Below are positions 61,643 to 64,000 of a stretch of 64,000 nucleotides of DNA, one piece after another. The DNA comes from Phallusia mammillata (taxonomy: Eukaryota). How positions within the stretch are numbered: position 1 is the stretch's first letter; each line of letters starts with the position of its first letter. Below the pieces are notes generated by a model. That model did no database searches. It was not told the origin of the DNA and saw nothing but the letters and a program-made list of their open reading frames with translations. The stretch lies in the NCBI GenBank assembly GCA_965637545.1, contig OZ281497.1:28644001-28708000 (forward strand), written 5' to 3'. Both the position numbers and the translations under genes were made by a program.

Positions 61643-64000
61643 AGTTAGATACTATACCTATAGGGGACTATTATACCTGAAGGGGACTATTATAATACTC
61701 AAACATGCCACAATTCTGCACCATCATCATCTTAAACAATCACGTCTTGTTGCCATGATATGTTTACTAACAAAACACTATTTAATTTAGATTCTTACAA
61801 AGGTTTTTCAAACTCTAAAATACGTAACAATAAATTTTTGTGGTGATTGTGGTCAATTGGTCATCGACAGCTTCCTTATCTTCAGTATTGTTAACCAACA
61901 ACTCCAAAACAAGCAGATTAAAGAGCTTTTCAAAATAAATTGCAGTTACTGGTCAGTGCATAAAGCTGGTTTGAAAAGTTTATTTCTGTTCTGTGTAGTG
62001 AAAATAAAAGTGGAATGTCCGATTTGTGTTAGTATTGCCAAAGTTTTAGCTTCAACTAACTATTAATTTTTGTTTATTAGGATTTTAGGTTAGGAAACAG
62101 CAACTTTTCAAAACCTATTACATAATTAGGTCATTGGAAACTTAAATCTATTATTATTACTTCCTGTCAGGGTTGTAAGTTGGGTCGGGTTCGGGCTTAT
62201 AGGTTTCATCGAAAGAACGGGCTTGATTCAACTGCTCTTTGCTCTTTTGCACATTCGTCTGACTACAATATGTAGCATGATTTTACTAGCCAGCGGAATA
62301 AGAGCAATATAGTTCTGTAATTAGAGCACAAATAGAGCACAAGTGGAAACGCAATGCACGAACAGTCGAATATATAAACACAAGAGACAAGGACACACTG
62401 TTATTAAGGTGACAAATTCGTTACACAAGAGGTGTTAGATTTATGATGAGTTGTTGACGTATCCTTACATCTGTTTCTTACATGACTTAACTATTAAACA
62501 TATATCAATAGAGATAATACAATTCTAACTTGACAATAGCAAATGCAAAACCCCACAGTTGTATGCGTCGTCAATAAATGCTGGTAATATTTACACAAAT
62601 ATTTTTTAATTTTTTACAATTTTTCTCGTATGACTTTCAAATTAACTCTCATAACTAGTACTCCTTCGAATTTCAGGTCTTTACATCTTGTTTTTTAAAT
62701 GTTATGACCGTTTTTAAAATCGGCGGTTTTATCCGAGTGCCTGCAACTGTAGCAATGCGTATTTTATATTTTTGTGTATTTTTATTTTAGCGGCACATCT
62801 GGCAATTTTGTCTTTCCTTTAAAGTCTAGCGGTCTTAGATGTCCCGTTTTCTAAAACAACACGCTCTAGCACTTACACAATCGTAAACTGTTTCTTGTAG
62901 CCGCCTTCGTTGCACAAGATTTATTTCCTTTGTTTCGGAGCGACGCCACCTTCGCTCCGAGCTACAATAATGCGTTGTCATTTAACTATATATTTGCTAC
63001 TCTAGGAAATCACTAACCAACAGAGTCATTCACTTACTTACTCACTTTAGACGAAGTTATCGCCAACGTTATACTTTACGTTTGTTGTAGTTTTATATAT
63101 ATGTTGTTTAATAAACCTTGTTTAACGCTCTATAGTTGTTATTAGTCAGGAGTCTTCAGAGTTCTTTATTTGTGTAGTCAGATCGTGTATTTTCTTTCCT
63201 TAACTTCTAAGTTGCTAACCTAGTTACACAGCGATATAACTTATTCGCAACAGTACCTTAAATCGCAACACAACCATGCGACTGACGACTGTCAGCTTTT
63301 GCTTATGTTTTCATGCAACGTGTTCCTGTCGTAAGTTGTAATTGTAAGTCTGTTTTACGAATTTTGTGCAAGACACATAGCTGTTCTGCAAAGGTTGTTT
63401 AGTTTTAAGTTGTTTTGTTGGTATTAGTTAGTTTGAGATTTATTCTGGTTTTACCTAAAATTAAATGAAAGCACAAACCAAACATAAACAATTTGTATTT
63501 GTAAAGCCTTACTTACTTAAACACGTCAAGAGTTAATACGGAGGAGCGGTGCAATTTTTGTGAATCAGTATGACTTTCATTGACACCCTAATGTGCACAG
63601 TGGTATTGGGTACGAAAACATGCAAATTGGTACTATAGTCAATCAATTGGCATGTTTTCGGTAAATTGCATGGTTGGTAATTTTCCATGCTGCATTGTTT
63701 AATAGGTCATAGTTATGACACTGACACAACACAGAACAAAAGTCATTGACACCAAACTTGTAATAAAAAATTTGAAGGAAAATTTCTAAAGGTTGAAGAA
63801 TTTTTAACATACGAATTTTACTACTGTTGTTTCAACCAGCAGAACATTGCCTAAAACAAAATCTGAGAATGGTTTATGGGTTATTGTTTAGGCTCAGAAA
63901 AAATACATCTGATGAAAAACAAAGTATTACAAATTTGTTTTTGGTTTAGCTGTGAGGGTATTGTTTTTTTTACCCCAGATTCGACAATTTTTTACCCCAT

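Noticed and set aside
1-64000. Most short ORFs in the supplied track (e.g. antisense Val-rich ORFs 4857-5075, 12036-12296, 30931-31278, 57228-57692)
   Set aside because: They are opposite-strand or off-frame shadows of Thr-rich stalk and TM exons, or AT-rich intron noise; no independent coding signal.
61651-64000. Coding or RNA genes at the right end; hAT-like start near 62167; short 20-nt duplication at 61655-61700
   Set aside because: No supported exons, rRNA/tRNA patterns or paired termini.

Overview
AT-rich, intron-containing animal genomic DNA (invertebrate-like; a tunicate is plausible but not provable from sequence alone). Almost the whole window (to ~59.4 kb) is one tandem gene cluster of about 16 complete, partial or decayed copies (called U0-U15 here) of an unnamed type I membrane receptor. 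The exon order is signal peptide + C-type lectin domain (CTLD, 2 exons), a Ser/Thr mucin-like stalk exon, a transmembrane (TM) exon, a ~50-nt single-tyrosine exon, and a cytoplasmic tail rich in tyrosine motifs. Tails come in two interchangeable classes: class A is one exon with ITIM-like VSYDTL/SPYDEL; class B is two exons with YxxM/YxN/YITI. Hand-spliced models give uninterrupted frames for U7, U14 and U15, and probably for U6, U11, U13 and a U4+U3 composite. Other copies are lectin-only, headless (stalk/TM/tail only) or pseudogenes. Ligand-binding loops are hypervariable (QPN/QPD/EPN), and sister copies with similar ectodomains carry different tails, which suggests a rapidly evolving paired innate-immune or recognition receptor family. 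Interspersed are Penelope-like retroelement fragments with minimal hammerhead motifs, a solo LTR, hAT-type MITEs and 3-6 kb segmental duplications. All exon boundaries were read by eye; no expression data or database searches were available.
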